Source of the DNA: the human T2T-CHM13v2.0 reference genome, Homo sapiens
Assembly: GCA_009914755.4 (NCBI GenBank)
Contig: CP086569.2
Span: 2,944,001 to 3,008,000 of the forward strand
Direction: 5' to 3'
Length of the DNA: 64,000 nt
Made by a program: the position numbers and the translations under genes. Of the stretch, positions 26,700 through 40,479 are shown in pieces. Within the stretch, counting starts at the first letter, position 1; each line of letters starts with the position of its first letter. The notes below the pieces were generated by a model. That model was not told the origin of the DNA, did no database searches, and was given only the letters and a program-made list of their open reading frames with translations.

Positions 26700-29600
26700 G
26701 GTTCAATTAAGAGAAGACATGAGACCTTGAGCAAATACGTCAGGCCCGTACTTGTCCTGACCTCCACATGCCCAATGGCCATGTGACCCTAGTGGCTGGG
26801 GGAGGAGGTTGAGAACTATGGCAGGGAACCAAGCAGTGAGGGAGTGATGGTGGGTCTGGCTGGCGTGATGACTGACCGTTAAGCCTGCCTTGGCTGAGGG
26901 CCCCGGGCAGTGGGGCCGCAAGAGCAGGCAGAGCCTTCAGCCACAGAGCCAGGAAGATGCTGCTGTCTCTAGTACTTCACATGTACTCGCCTGCTTCGGA
27001 CGTCATGCTCCTAGGCATGGTGCTCACCCATGTGCCGGCCTGGGGAGTCTGGCAGCTGCCCTCCGTCATCCCGTCCGCCAGCTTCTTCCAGGCGGTGGAC
27101 AGCTGGCTCTACTGCGTCTACCAGAGTGTGGCGCTCTTTGAGAACTACACCAGAGTACAGATATTGCTACATGGAAGTATGCCAAAAATTAAGAAAAATA
27201 TAATGTATTTAGCAAATCATCAAAGCACAGTTGACTGGATTGTTACTGATATATTGGCCATTGAGCCGAATGCTCTTGGACCTATGTGCTCTGTGCTGAA
27301 AGATTAAAATGACTTCCATCATACAGGTGTTACTTGTCTCAGCATGGAGGAATCTAAAAGAAAGTGCCAAATGTATTGAAAAAGAAATGAGAAACAAGTG
27401 GCAGAGCTACATGAATGCGGAAACTGCTATGCATTTTATGATTTTTTTCCAGAAGGTACAAGGTATAACACCAGACAAACAAGTCCTTTCAGCTCGTCAA
27501 TTTGCTGCTCAACAAGGCCTTGCAGTATTAGAGCATGCTGACACCACTAACAAAGACAGCTCATGTTGCTTTTAATTCTATGAAGAATTAGTTGATGCAA
27601 TTTGTAATGTTACAGTAGTTTATGAAGGAAAAGATGATAAGGAGAAACTCAAAAATCACTATCCATGACTGAATTTCTCTGCAAAGAATGCCCCAAAATT
27701 ATTACTCACATTGATGATACAGACAAAAAACGTGTCCCAGAAGGGCAAGAATATATGAGAGGATGGCTTCATGAACATTTTGAAATAAAAAAAATAAGGT
27801 TTCAAAGAACTATGACTCACCAGACCCAGAAAGAAGAAACAAATTTCTTAGAAAAACTGTTAATTTCGAATTAAGAATCAAGAAGACTTTAGCATCAGTA
27901 TTCATCTTAAATGGTTTGACTGATGGCATGCTTATGACCAGAGGCTAGAAGCAAGGTTCCATATGTCCACTGTATGTTTTACATACAGTTTCCTTCCAGG
28001 CTCTGGTCACAAGCATGCCATCAGTAAAACCATTTAAAAATTTGTGACTAAAGCCAATATGTGGTTGGTCTTGCACAATCATACATGGTTTTATACCTTT
28101 AGTCATGAGGCTGCTGGTGAGGTAAAAGCTAAACAGACAGTTCCCATGACACCTTCAGAAGATTAGGGATTTCATAATTTGTTATTGTTTTGTAATTCAA
28201 ATTACTACATTTGAACATTAATTTTCAGCATATTTTACTATTCTTGTTATTTTCCATTTATTACAACCTAACAGCTCCAAACTCTTATCACTAATTAGTA
28301 TCTTGCAGCTATGTAATATTTCACTTCTTTCTTAATTTCTGCAAGTGAATGAAATAAATGGTATTTAAATATGAAGATGTTAAAGGAAAAGGGGAAAATT
28401 TTCATGGGGAAGAAGCTCTATTTAGTGCAAGTTTTCATTACATTGCATTATTAGCTGATTTTGTTCACTTTCTATTTTGCAAAATAATGAACTTTTCTAA
28501 TATATATTGAAATTGCTTAATTTGCACACCCTGTACTCTACACAAAAGAATAATGTATAACATATGAGAATGTAGTTTAAGTTAAAATTGTAAATTTGAT
28601 TCACTGAAACAGAACTTTAAATTGCCCACCATTTTGAAGACTTAAGCTACACTTTAGTACTTCCCAACCTTTGTGCTGTGTTTGAAACATTAAGGTTCCC
28701 GATTATTTTTTACGTGAAAATAACCTGTGAGAACTTTTGTTAGACCTTGAGTTCACAGATATTTGATGTAATGGGAGCCTACAGACATTTCGACAAGATT
28801 TACTACCATGTGCCTATTTTTCTTTGCTTTAGCAAAAATACTTAATTCAAAAATCACTTTTATGTTACCCTGGTAGATTTCCACTGTGTTCTAGTCCTTT
28901 CCCCTTGGATTTCCTTCAGTGATGCTGCTCAGTGGCTTGAGTGTAGACTTGCAGTGAGGAAATGCAGTGCTAGCCAGTGTTGCCCTGTTTCAAAGTTGAA
29001 CTCTTTAAGCCCTTGTGAGTGAGCTTCACTGGCTACCGAAGAGGAATTTTGCATTTGTGTAGGGAAAATCACCTTCCTCAAGCCAATGGAATGCAGACTT
29101 AATTCATCAGAACTGAGTTAATTTGTTTATATTACATTAGTTTTAATGGAGTTATACAGTAATTTAAAGTGTCACCACAGAACAAGAGCTTCGTTCCAAG
29201 AATGAAATCACATAATTTCCAGTCATGTAATAATATATTCCATAGAATAATGCTTTTAAAAAAATGTGAAATGCTCTTTTTTATGTTATAATTTAAACTT
29301 GATTGGCTACTTATTCTTTATGTTAACATTTCTGCTTACTGCTAGTGAATTTTTGCTAGAAAATTATACCAATGATCCAAATGAAACACACCGATCGAAT
29401 CATGATAAACAAAATGAAAAAAAAAACCTAAGGAAAATCATATCTGGCTGCATTACACTGCTTATCCAAAACTAGAGAATAAGCCATTTCAAGCAACACC
29501 TTTGAAGAGTCACATAGTATGAGTTTGTATATGTTAGTATGTAGATGTATACACATGTTCACATACACTCAGGATGCAGCTGACCTGACTATGAATGGGG

Positions 29601-30258
29601 GCATAGATAAAACTTATGAAAATTGAGCTCATGCCAAATTGTAATTTTCAATTTCCTGTAAAGTAAAATTTATATCCCTCCCATGACCTTGTTAAATAAA
29701 TTTATGAACAGTACTGCACTAAATCTAGAACTTATTTCCACCTAGGTTAAAACAAATGTAAATTGTGTACCTTATTTTGAATATCATGAATGTGATATAA
29801 ATTTACACTTCAGGAAGCAATATCATTGGAATTATGTCGATTATAACTCATTTTAACAAGACAAAGAAACCTGCATACAATCACTTGAGTATTATTTTTT
29901 TAGGACTACACTTATATTCTTCTCACAAAAGGTCTATAAAATATGGTATTTAAAACTATTTGTAACAAAATGTTTTGAAAATTAGAAACTTCTCTTTAAC
30001 ACGTATGGATATTTACTTGAATTATCATTTCCTAAAATCAAGAGCTCTCTGCCTACCTGTAAATCTGTTCAACATCATTAAACTTCTGTTTGTATTATTA
30101 TTTTTGTTTACCTATAGCTTAGTTTTTTTTTTTTTACCTAGTTTATCTTTATAAGAATGACATCAGTGTGCATGCTTTTATATTATTCAGAACATGGTAT
30201 GTTTGCATGAATGTAAAAAAATGAAATAGTTTACTGTAAAAAAATAAATAAATAAAAA
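26700..30258 (+). pseudogene. Processed (intronless) pseudogene of an AGPAT-family acyltransferase, best match AGPAT5. A GC-rich 5'UTR-like leader is followed by the CDS-homologous region 26957-~28030 and then 3'UTR-like unique sequence, possibly ending in an A-rich tract at ~30238-30258
   Basis: Three frame-shifted ORFs align collinearly along one protein. (1) 26957-27307 MLLSLVLHMYS...AWGVWQL...LYCVYQSVALFENYTRVQILLHGSMPKIKKNIMYLANHQSTVDWIVTDILAIEPNALG, which contains the acyltransferase NHQSxxD motif. (2) 27309-27575 ...KEMRNKWQSY...FPEGTRYN...VLSARQFAAQQGLAVLEH. (3) 27665-27874 MTEFLCKECPKIITHIDDTDKKRVPEGQEYMRGWLHEHFEIK. These match my recollection of human AGPAT5 (MLLSLVLHTYS...YLANHQSTVDWIVADILAIRQNALG...MTEFLCKECPKIHIHIDRIDKKDVPEEQEHMRRWLHERFEIK). 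The copy is continuous over what is a multi-exon CDS, and it carries a premature TAA at 27308 and at least two frameshifts. The 3' boundary is uncertain. Confidence 0.7.
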
Positions 30259-31657
30259 GAGGAGAGGAGACAGAGCAAGATGGCCAAATAAAAGCCTCTG
30301 CCAATTATCCTCTTCTCTGGAAGAGTAAATTTAACAGCTAATTACATACACACAAAAAGCACCTTCATAAGAACCAACAAATTGGGTGAGCAATCCATAC
30401 CTAGTTTTAACTTCATATCATTGAAAAAGGCATTGATGAGGGTAGGAAAGACCGTCTTAAATTTCTGACACCAACCCTGTTTCATCACCCTGTCAGTAGC
30501 TGGCAGTGTAGCATGGAGAAAGAATCTGTGCACTTGGGGGAGGGACAGCACAGCAATTGTGGGACTTTGCACTTCAACACAGTACTGTCAACACCAAGCA
30601 GAGCTCAGCTGGTGCTCATGGAAGGAGCATTTAGGCCAGCCCTAGCCAGAGGGGAATTGCTTATCCCGGTAGGTGGTCGGAGCTTGAGTTTCAACAAGCA
30701 TTGGCACCTTGGGTCAAACTTCAAAGGCAGTCTAGGCCATGAGGACTGCAACTCCTAGTCAAGCCCTAGTGCTATACTGGGCTTGGAGCCAGTGGACTTG
30801 GAGGGCACATGACCCAGTAAGATACAAATCCAGATGGCTAAGAAAGTGTTTGTGTCACCCCTCCCCCAACTCTGAGCAGCACACCTCCCAGCTCTTAAGG
30901 AGACCCCTTCCTTCCACTTGAGGAGAGGAGAGGGAAGAGTAGAAAGGACTTTATCTTGCAATGTGTATGTCAGCACAACCACAGTAGGATAGGGCACTGG
31001 GCAGCGTCATGAGGCCCCCATTTCAAGCTATAGCTCCAAGATGACATTTCTAGACCCACCCTGGGCCAGAAGGAAACCCACTTCCTTGAAGAGAAGGACC
31101 CAGTCCTGGCAGGATTCATCAGCAGCTCACTAAAGAGTCTTGGGCCCTGAGTAATCAGCAGTGATACTTAGCTAGTATGTCATGGGCGTTGGATGAGACT
31201 CTCAAATATGCTGGCTTCGGGTGTGACCCACAATATTCATAGCTGTAGTGTCTATAAGGAGAGACCCCTTCTGCTTGAGAAAAGCAGAGAGAAGATTAAT
31301 GAGTACTTTCTCTTCAGCTCAATTACAGGCCTCCACTCTTACATGGAATCTCTGGATCTACCCTGGGCCAGAGGGGAGAACACTGCCCTGAAGGGTGAGT
31401 TCCAGGCCTGGAATCATTCACCAGAATTGAATGAAGTGGCAATGGGTGTTAAGTGAACTGAACACACATTGAAAAGCCATTGAGTATTAAGTGAACATCA
31501 GCAGTACCTTGGCTGTACTCCCTGTAGGCCTGTGGTGGTGGTGGACCTGAGAAGAGACTCCTCTGCCTGGAGAAAGGGAAGGAAATAGTAGAAAGCACTT
31601 TGTCTGGTGGCTTCAGTTTCAGCTCATCTGCAATAGAATACAGTACCAGGTAAATTT

Positions 31658-33086
<1,429 letters not shown>

Positions 33087-35499
33087 GCACCAGGTAGATT
33101 TCTAAGGTTTCTGACTTCAGGCCTGTTTCAATGACAGCATTTCTGGACCTGCCTGGAGGCTAGGGGAAGTCATTGCCCTTAAGGCAAAGACACAAGCCTA
33201 TCCGGTTTTACCACCTGCTGACTGCAGAGCCCTACTGCTTTGACCAGGCAGAGGTGGTATCCAGGTAGTGGTTACAACAGACTTTGGGCAAGACTTAGTG
33301 CTATGCTTGCTTCAAGTCTGACTGAGTACAGTCCCAGCGGTGGCGGCCACAAGGGTGATTATGTCACCCCTCCCACAGTTCCAGGCGGCTCAGCACAGAG
33401 AGAAAGACTCTGTTTGAGAGAATGTAAGAGAAGAGAACAAAAGCCTATGCCTGGCAATCCAGATAATTCTTCTGGATCTTATCCAAGACTACTAAGGCAG
33501 TACCTCGACGAGTCTGCAAAAACCATAGTGTTACTTAGCTTGGGGTACCACACAATGCAGATATGGCTGCAGTGACCAAAAATTTAGATCACAAAACTCA
33601 AGTCCCTTTGAATAACTGAAAAATTTTCCCAAAAAGGACGAGTACACACAAGCCCAGATTGTAAAGACTGCCATAAATACCTAACTCTTCAATACCTAGA
33701 CACCAAGGAACACGCGCAAGCATCAAGACCACAAAGGAAAATATTACCTTACCAAAAGAAATAAATAAGTTACCAGAGAACAATCATGGAGAGACAGAGA
33801 TACGTTATCTATTAGACAGAGAATTCAAAATAGCTGTTTTGAGGAAACTCAAAGAAATTCAAGGTAACACAGAGAAGGAATTCAGAATCCTATTATACAA
33901 ATTTAACAGGTTGAACTAATTAAAAATAAATAAAGAATCAAACATACATTCTGGAGTTGAAAAATGCAATTCACATTCTGAAGAGCATCAGAGTATTTTA
34001 ACAGCAGAACTGATCAAGCAGAAGAAGATATTGGTGAGATTTGAGACATGTTATTGGAAAATAGAAAATCAGAAGAGTCAAAAGAAAAAAGAAGAAAAAG
34101 CAATGATTCATGCCTACAAAATCTAGAAAATTGCCTGAAAATGGCAAATCTAAGAATTATTGGCCTTAAAGTGGAGATAAGAATGAAAAATTTATTCAAA
34201 GATGTCAGTATTCGAGTACAAACACCAAGAAGATTTATCCCAAAGAAGACTACCTCAAGGCATTTATAATCATCAAACTGTGAAATGTCAATGATAAAGA
34301 TAGAATCCTAAACGCAGCAAGAGAAAAGCCACAAATAACATACAATGGAGATTCAATATGTCTGGTAGCAGACTTTTCAGTGGAAACTTTACAGGCCAGG
34401 AGAGAGTGGCATGACATATTTAAAATTCTGAGGGAAAAATCTACTAACCTATAATAGTATATTGAGTAAAAATGTTCTTAAAGCATGAATAAGAAATAAA
34501 GATTTTTCTCAAAAAAAATGGAGGGATTTTATCAACATGAGACTTGTCAAAAAAATTCTAAAGGGAGTTTTTCCATCTAAAAGTAAAGGAAGTTAATGGG
34601 CAATAAGAAATCATTTGGAAGGTACAAAACTTACTGGTAATATTTAGTACACAGGAAAACACAGAATAACACTGTAATTGTGAAGTGTAAACTAGTCTTA
34701 TCTTAAGTAGAAAGTTGAAAAGATAAACCCATACAAATTATAACTACAACAACTTTTCAGTACATAGATAGTACAATAAGATGTAAATATAAACAACAAA
34801 AAGTTAAAAAGCAGGGGACAATGTTAAAGTGTAGAATTTTTATTACTTTTCCTTTTGCTTCTAAGTTAGTTTTTGCAGTCAGCATAAAGTTGTCATTAGT
34901 TTAAAATAATGGGTTACAATATACTATTTGCAAGCCTCATGGTAACCTCAAATCTAAAACCACACAACAAACACACAAAAAATAAAAAGTAAGAACATAA
35001 GACACACCACCAGAGAAAATCACCTTCGCTAAAAGGAAGACAGGAAGGAAGGAAAGAAGGAATAGAGAACCACAAAACAACAAGAGAACAAATAACAAAA
35101 TGCCTGGAGTAAGTCCTTACCTATCAATAATAACATTAAATGTAAATGGACTAAATGTTTCAATTAAAAGATATAGGGTGGCTGAATGCATAAAATAAAA
35201 TACCCAATAATCCGTTGCTTACAAAAAAACACACTTCACCTATAAAGGCATATGTAGACTGAAAATAAAGGGATAGAAAAGATACTGCATGCTAATGAAA
35301 ACCAAAAAAGATACAGGAGTAGCTGTACTTACACAAAATAGACTTCAATACAAAAACTATAAGAAGAGACAAAGAAGGTCAGTATATAATGATAAAGGCA
35401 TCAATTTAGAAAGAGGATATAACAATTGTAAATATATATATGTACTAAACACTGGAACACAGAGATATATAAAGCAAATATTATTAGAGCTAAAGAGAA

Positions 35500-36033
35500 T
35501 GTGACGGTTAATGTTGAATGTCAACTTGATTGGATTGAAAGATGAAAAGTATTGTTCCTGGGTGTGTCCCTGTGAGGGTGTTGCCAAAGGAAATTAACAT
35601 TTGAGTCAGTGGGCTGGGAGAGGCAGACCCACCCTCAATCTGGGTGGGCACCATCTAATCAGCTGCCAGCATAAAAGCAGGCATGGAAAGTACAGACTTA
35701 CTGAGTCTTCTGGACTCCATCTTTCTCCCATGCTGGATGCTTCCTGCCCTCAAACATCAGACTCCAAGTTCTTCAGCTTTTGGACTCTTGGACTTACACC
35801 AGTGATTTGCCAGGAGCTCTTGAGCCTTTGGCCACAGACTGAGGGCTGCACTATCAGCTTCCCTACTTTTGAGGTTTTGGGACTCGGATTATCTTCCAGG
35901 CTCCTCAGCCTGCAGACAGCCTATTATGGGACTTTACCTTGTGATCGTGTGAGTCAATTATCCCAATAAACTCCCCTTCATATATTCATCTATCGTATTA
36001 GTTTTGTCCGTTTAGAGAACCCTGGTAAATACA
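35500..36033 (+). mobile_element. Solo MaLR-type LTR (MLT/MST-like) nested in L1 ORF2 (endonuclease region)
   Basis: Starts tgtgacgg..., ends ...gagaaccctggtaaataca, with a characteristic internal block (ggtgttgccaaaggaaattaacatttgagtcagtgggctgggagaggcagacccaccctcaatctgggtgggcaccatctaatcag). The L1 ORF2 frame (..ILLELKR / GDINILFSALDRSS..) continues across it. Confidence 0.55.
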
Positions 36034-37275
36034 GAGAGAGGTAGACCTGAATACAGTAACAGCTGGAGACATCAACATCCTATTTTCAGCATTGGACAGA
36101 TCATCCAAACAGAAAATAAATGAAGAAACATGAACTTAATTTGCACCATACAAAATAGACCTATTAGCTATTTTCAGAATATTTCATCTAATGGTGGCAG
36201 AATATACATTCTTCTCCTCAGTACGTGGATCTTTCTCAAACACAGACCATATGATAGGTCACAAAACAAGTCTTAAAACATTCAAAACCTTTAAATGGTA
36301 TCAAGCACCTTATCTTACTGTAATGGAATAAAACTAGACATTAATAATAAGAGGAATTTTGGAACCTATACAAATACATAGAAATTAAACAATATGCTCC
36401 TGAATGGCCAGTGGGTCAATGAATAAATTAATAAAGATATTAATAAATCTCTTGAAACAAATAATAATGAAAACACAACATACTAAAACCTATGGGGTAC
36501 AGAAAAGCAATACTAAGATGGGAGTTTGTATCTATAAGTTCTTACATCAAAAAAGAAGAAAAACATAAAATAAACAGCCTAATGATGCATCTCAAAGAAC
36601 TAGAAAAGCAAGAGCAAACCAAACCCAAAGTTAGTAGAAGAAATAATAAAAATCAGAGCAGAAAGAAAAGAAATGGAAATTAATAAAATAACACAAAAAA
36701 TCAACGACACAAAATGCTGATTTTTTGAAAAGACAAACAAATTTGATGAAACTTTACTCAGACTAAGAAAAAAAGAGAGAAGATCCAAAGAAATAAAATC
36801 AGAGGTAAAAAAAATATATATTGCAACTGACACCACAGAAATTGAAAGGAGTGGCTATTATGCTCCACTATATAGCAATAAATTAGAAAACCTAGAGATA
36901 GATATATTCCTAGACACATACAACCTACCAAGATTAAACCATAAAGAAATCTAAAACATAAACAGACCAATAATAAATGACAAGATCAAATTTGTAATAA
37001 AAATTCTCCCAGCCAAAAAAAAAAAAAGCCTGGAATTCTATGGCTTCATTGCTGAATTAAACAAAAAATTTAAAAAAACCGATACCAGTCATAGTAAAAC
37101 TGTTCCAAAAAATAGAAGAGGAGGGTGTACATCCAAACTTTTTCTATGAGCCCACTATTACCCTGATACCCAAATCAGACAAAGACACATCAAACAAAGA
37201 AAACTGCAGGTCAGTATCCCTGATGAACATTGATACAAAAATCCTGAAGAAAATAGTAGCAAACCAATTTAACAA

Positions 37276-37600
37276 AACATGAAACTGGAAACCCTCATTC
37301 TCGGCAAAGTAACACAAAAGAGAAAACCAAACACCACATGTTCTCACTCATAAGTGGGAGTTGAACAATGAGAACACATGGACACAGGGAGGGGAACATC
37401 ACACACCAGGGCCTGTTGCGGGGTGGAGGCCTGGGGGAGGGATAGTATTAGGAGAAATACCTAATGTAAATGATGAGTTGATGGGTGCAGCAAACCAACA
37501 TGGCACATGTATACCTATGTAACAAACATGCACATTGTGCACATGTACCCCAGAACTTAAAGTATAATAATATAAAATAAAATAAAATAAAAAGATTATC
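37276..37600 (+). mobile_element. Short 5'-truncated L1PA 3'-end fragment (~320 bp) nested in the old L1 ORF2
   Basis: gaaactggaaaccctcattctcggcaaagtaacacaaaagagaaaaccaaacaccacatgttctcactcataagtgggagttgaacaatgagaacacatggacacagggaggggaacatcacacaccagggcctgttgcggggtgg...aacttaaagtataataatataaaataaaataaaataaaaag is the young-L1 ORF2 end, 3'UTR and A-rich tail; the host ORF2 frame resumes immediately after. Confidence 0.7.
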
Positions 37601-38943
37601 TATCATGGCCAAGTGGGATTTTTCCCAAGGATGCAAGTATAGTTCAACATATGCAAATCAATGAATATGATACAACATGCCAACAGAATGAAGGACAAAA
37701 ACCATATGATCATTTTAGTTGACACTAGAAACACATTTGATAGAATTCAATATCTCTTCATTATAAGAACCTTCAAAAAACTAGGAAGAGAAGGAACTTA
37801 CCTAAACATAATAAAAGCCATATATGACACACCCACAGCTAGTATCATACTGAATGGAAAAAAAAACCGCAAGTTTTTCCTATAAGATCTGAAACATGAC
37901 AAGAATACACATTTTCAACACTGTTATTCAGCATAGTTCTGAAAGTCCTAGATAGAGAAATTTCACAAGAGAAAAAATACAGGGCATCCAAATTGGAAAG
38001 AGAGACATTCTTATTTGTCAGTGATATGACCTTATATTTGGAAAAATCTAATTACCATGAAAAATCTTTTACCCTGATACCCCACTCAGACAAAGACACA
38101 TCAAAGAAAGAAAACTACAGGCCAATATCCCTAATGAACATTGATGCAAAAATCTTCAAGGAAATACTAGCAAAACGAATTCAACAACACATTGAAAAGA
38201 TCATCTATCATGACCAAGTGGCATTTTGACTTCATCAAAGACTATTATTAATAGTACATTTGCAGGATATAAAATCAACATACAAAAATCAGTAGCATTT
38301 CTACATGCCAACAATGAACAATCTGAAAAATAAATCAAGAAAGTAATCCCTTATACAATAGCTACAAATTAAATAAAATGCATAGGGCTTACCATAATGA
38401 AAGTGAAAGATATCTACCATGAAAACTGATCAAAATTAATCAAGGCAGTGAAAGACCTCTACAAGGAGAACTGCAAAACACTGCTGAAAGAAATCATAGA
38501 TGACACAAACAAATGAAAAAACGTGATCCATAATCATGGATTGGAAGAGTCAGTATCATTAAAATGGCTATGCTTTGATTCAACACTATTCTTATCAAGA
38601 TACCAACATCATTTTTTTACAGAACTAGAAAAAGACTATTCTAAAATTTATATGAAACCAAAAAATAGTCCAAATTGCCAAAACACTTCTAAGCAAAAAG
38701 AACGAAGCCGGAAGGATCACATTATTTGACTTCAAACTATACTACAAGGCTACAGTAACCAAAGCAGCATAGTAGTGGTACAAAAACAGACACATAGACC
38801 AATGGAACAGAAGAGAGAATGCAGAAACTAAGACATGCCATCTACAGCCATCTGATCTTCAACAAAGTTAATGAAAATCTGCAATGAGGAAAGGACGTCC
38901 TATTCAAAACATGGTGCTGGAATAGCTGGCTAGCCATATGCAG

Positions 38944-39014
38944 AAACGTAATTTCTTCATGTACAAAAATTAACTCATTTCTTCATGTACAAAATTTCTT
39001 CATGTACAAAAATT
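38944..39014. repeat. ~22-bp tandem triplication inside the L1 ORF2 remnant
   Basis: ttcttcatgtacaaaaattaactca / tttcttcatgtacaaaa / tttcttcatgtacaaaaattaactga. Confidence 0.7.
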
Positions 39015-39477
39015 AACTGAAGATAAACACTTAAATGTAAGAGCTCAAGCTATAAGAATCCTAGAAGAAAATCTAGAAAACACCATTCTGAATATTGGCC
39101 TTGGGAAATAATTTATGACTAAATCCTCAAAAGCAATTGCAACAAAAATATTGACAAGTGTGACCTAATTAAACTAATAAGATTGTGCACAAGCAAAGAC
39201 ATTATCAATAGAGTAAATTGACAACATACAGAATGGGAGAAAATATTCACAAACTATGCATCTGACAAAGGTCTGATATCCAGAATGTATCAGGAATGTA
39301 AGCAATTGAACAAGCAAAAAGAAATCCCATTAAAAATGGGCAAATTCCACGAACAAACACTTCTCAAAAGGCATAAAACTAGCCAAAAAATATAAAAAAT
39401 GCTCATCACTACTCATCAGAGAAAGGCAGACCAAAACCAAAATGAGATATTATTCCACACCTGTTACAATGGCTATT

Positions 39478-39788
39478 TTTCTTTTCTTTTTTTTTTTTTT
39501 TTTTGAGACGGAGTCTCCCTCTGTCACCCAGGCTGGAGTGCAGGAGTGCATCTCTGCTCACTGCAAGCTCTGCCTCCCAGGTTCACGCCGTTCTCCTGCC
39601 TCAGGCTCCTGTGTAGCTGGGACTACAGGTGCCCGCCACTACGCCCGGCTAGTTTTTTGTATTTTTTTAGTAGAGACAGGGTTTCACCGTGTTAGCCAGG
39701 ATGGTCTCAATCTCCTGACCTCGTGATCCACCCGCCTCGGCCTCCCAAAGTGCTGGGATTACAGGCATGAGCCTCCGAGCCCGGCCCA
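39478..39788 (-). mobile_element. Full-length Alu (AluS/Y-like) nested in L1 ORF2, with ~12-bp TSDs
   Basis: Poly(T) followed by gagacggagtctccctctgtcacccaggctggagtgcagg...gggattacaggcatgagcctccgagcccggccc. Flanking repeats acaatggctatt (39466-39477) and acaagggctatt (39788-39799) match the expected uninterrupted L1 sequence ...acaatggctattattaaaaagtc. Confidence 0.9.
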
Positions 39789-40479
39789 CAAGGGCTATTA
39801 TTAAAAAGTCAAAAAACAACAAATGTTGGTGAGGCTGCAGAGAAAAGTGAATGCTTCTACATTGTTGGTGGGAATGTAAAGTAGTTCAGTCACTGTGAAA
39901 AAACCGTTTTGTGATTTCTCAAAGAACTTAATACAGAACTGCCATTTGACCCAGGAATCCCTTACTGGGTATATATCCAAAAGAAAATAAATCATTCTAT
40001 CAAAAAGACACATGTATTTGTGTATTTATCACAGCACTGTTCACTGTACCAAAGACATGGAATCAACCTAGAGGTCCATCAATGATGGATTGTATAAATA
40101 AAATGGGGTACACAGACACCATGAGATACTATGCAACTATAAAAAAGAATGAATTCATGTATTTCGTAGCAACATCAGTGCAGCTGGAGGCCATTATTCT
40201 AAGCTAATTGATGTAGGACCAAGAAATCAAATACCACATGTTCTGATTTATAAGCGGGAGGTAAACACTGGGTACTCATGGACATAAAGATAGCAATATT
40301 AGAGAGGGGAGAGACGGAGGGGTCAGGGCTTGAAAAATGAACTACTGGGTACTATGCTCACTACCTGGGTGATGGGATTAATTGTACTTCAAACATCATC
40401 ATTATGCAATATACATGCAACAAACCTGCACATGTACCCCCTTGAATCTGAAATAAAATTTGAAAATATATATTAAAAA

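Larger units (their letters stand above)
38065..40470 (+). mobile_element. Second, different L1 fragment (ORF2 patch, internal deletion, ORF2 C-terminus and old-type 3'UTR) abutting the preceding L1 with no tail between them
   Basis: 38075-38230 repeats ORF2 codons ([26 protein letters not shown]...HDQVAF) already present at 37163-37276 and 37601-37635 of the preceding L1, at only ~85% identity. ORF2 C-terminal motifs then follow ([42 protein letters not shown]), with the 3'UTR ending ~40470. Confidence 0.55.

Noticed and set aside
26957-27307. Apparently bona fide gene start (ATG after a GC-rich leader, acyltransferase motif)
   Set aside because: The homology to an AGPAT-family protein continues downstream only by switching frame twice and reading through a TAA. 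The copy is intronless across a multi-exon CDS, so it is a processed pseudogene and not an exon of a functional gene.
35601-35969. 122-aa ORF MSQWAGRGRPTLNLGGHH...
   Set aside because: It lies wholly within a MaLR-type LTR nested in an L1. The LTR has no coding capacity, and the ORF is a chance frame.
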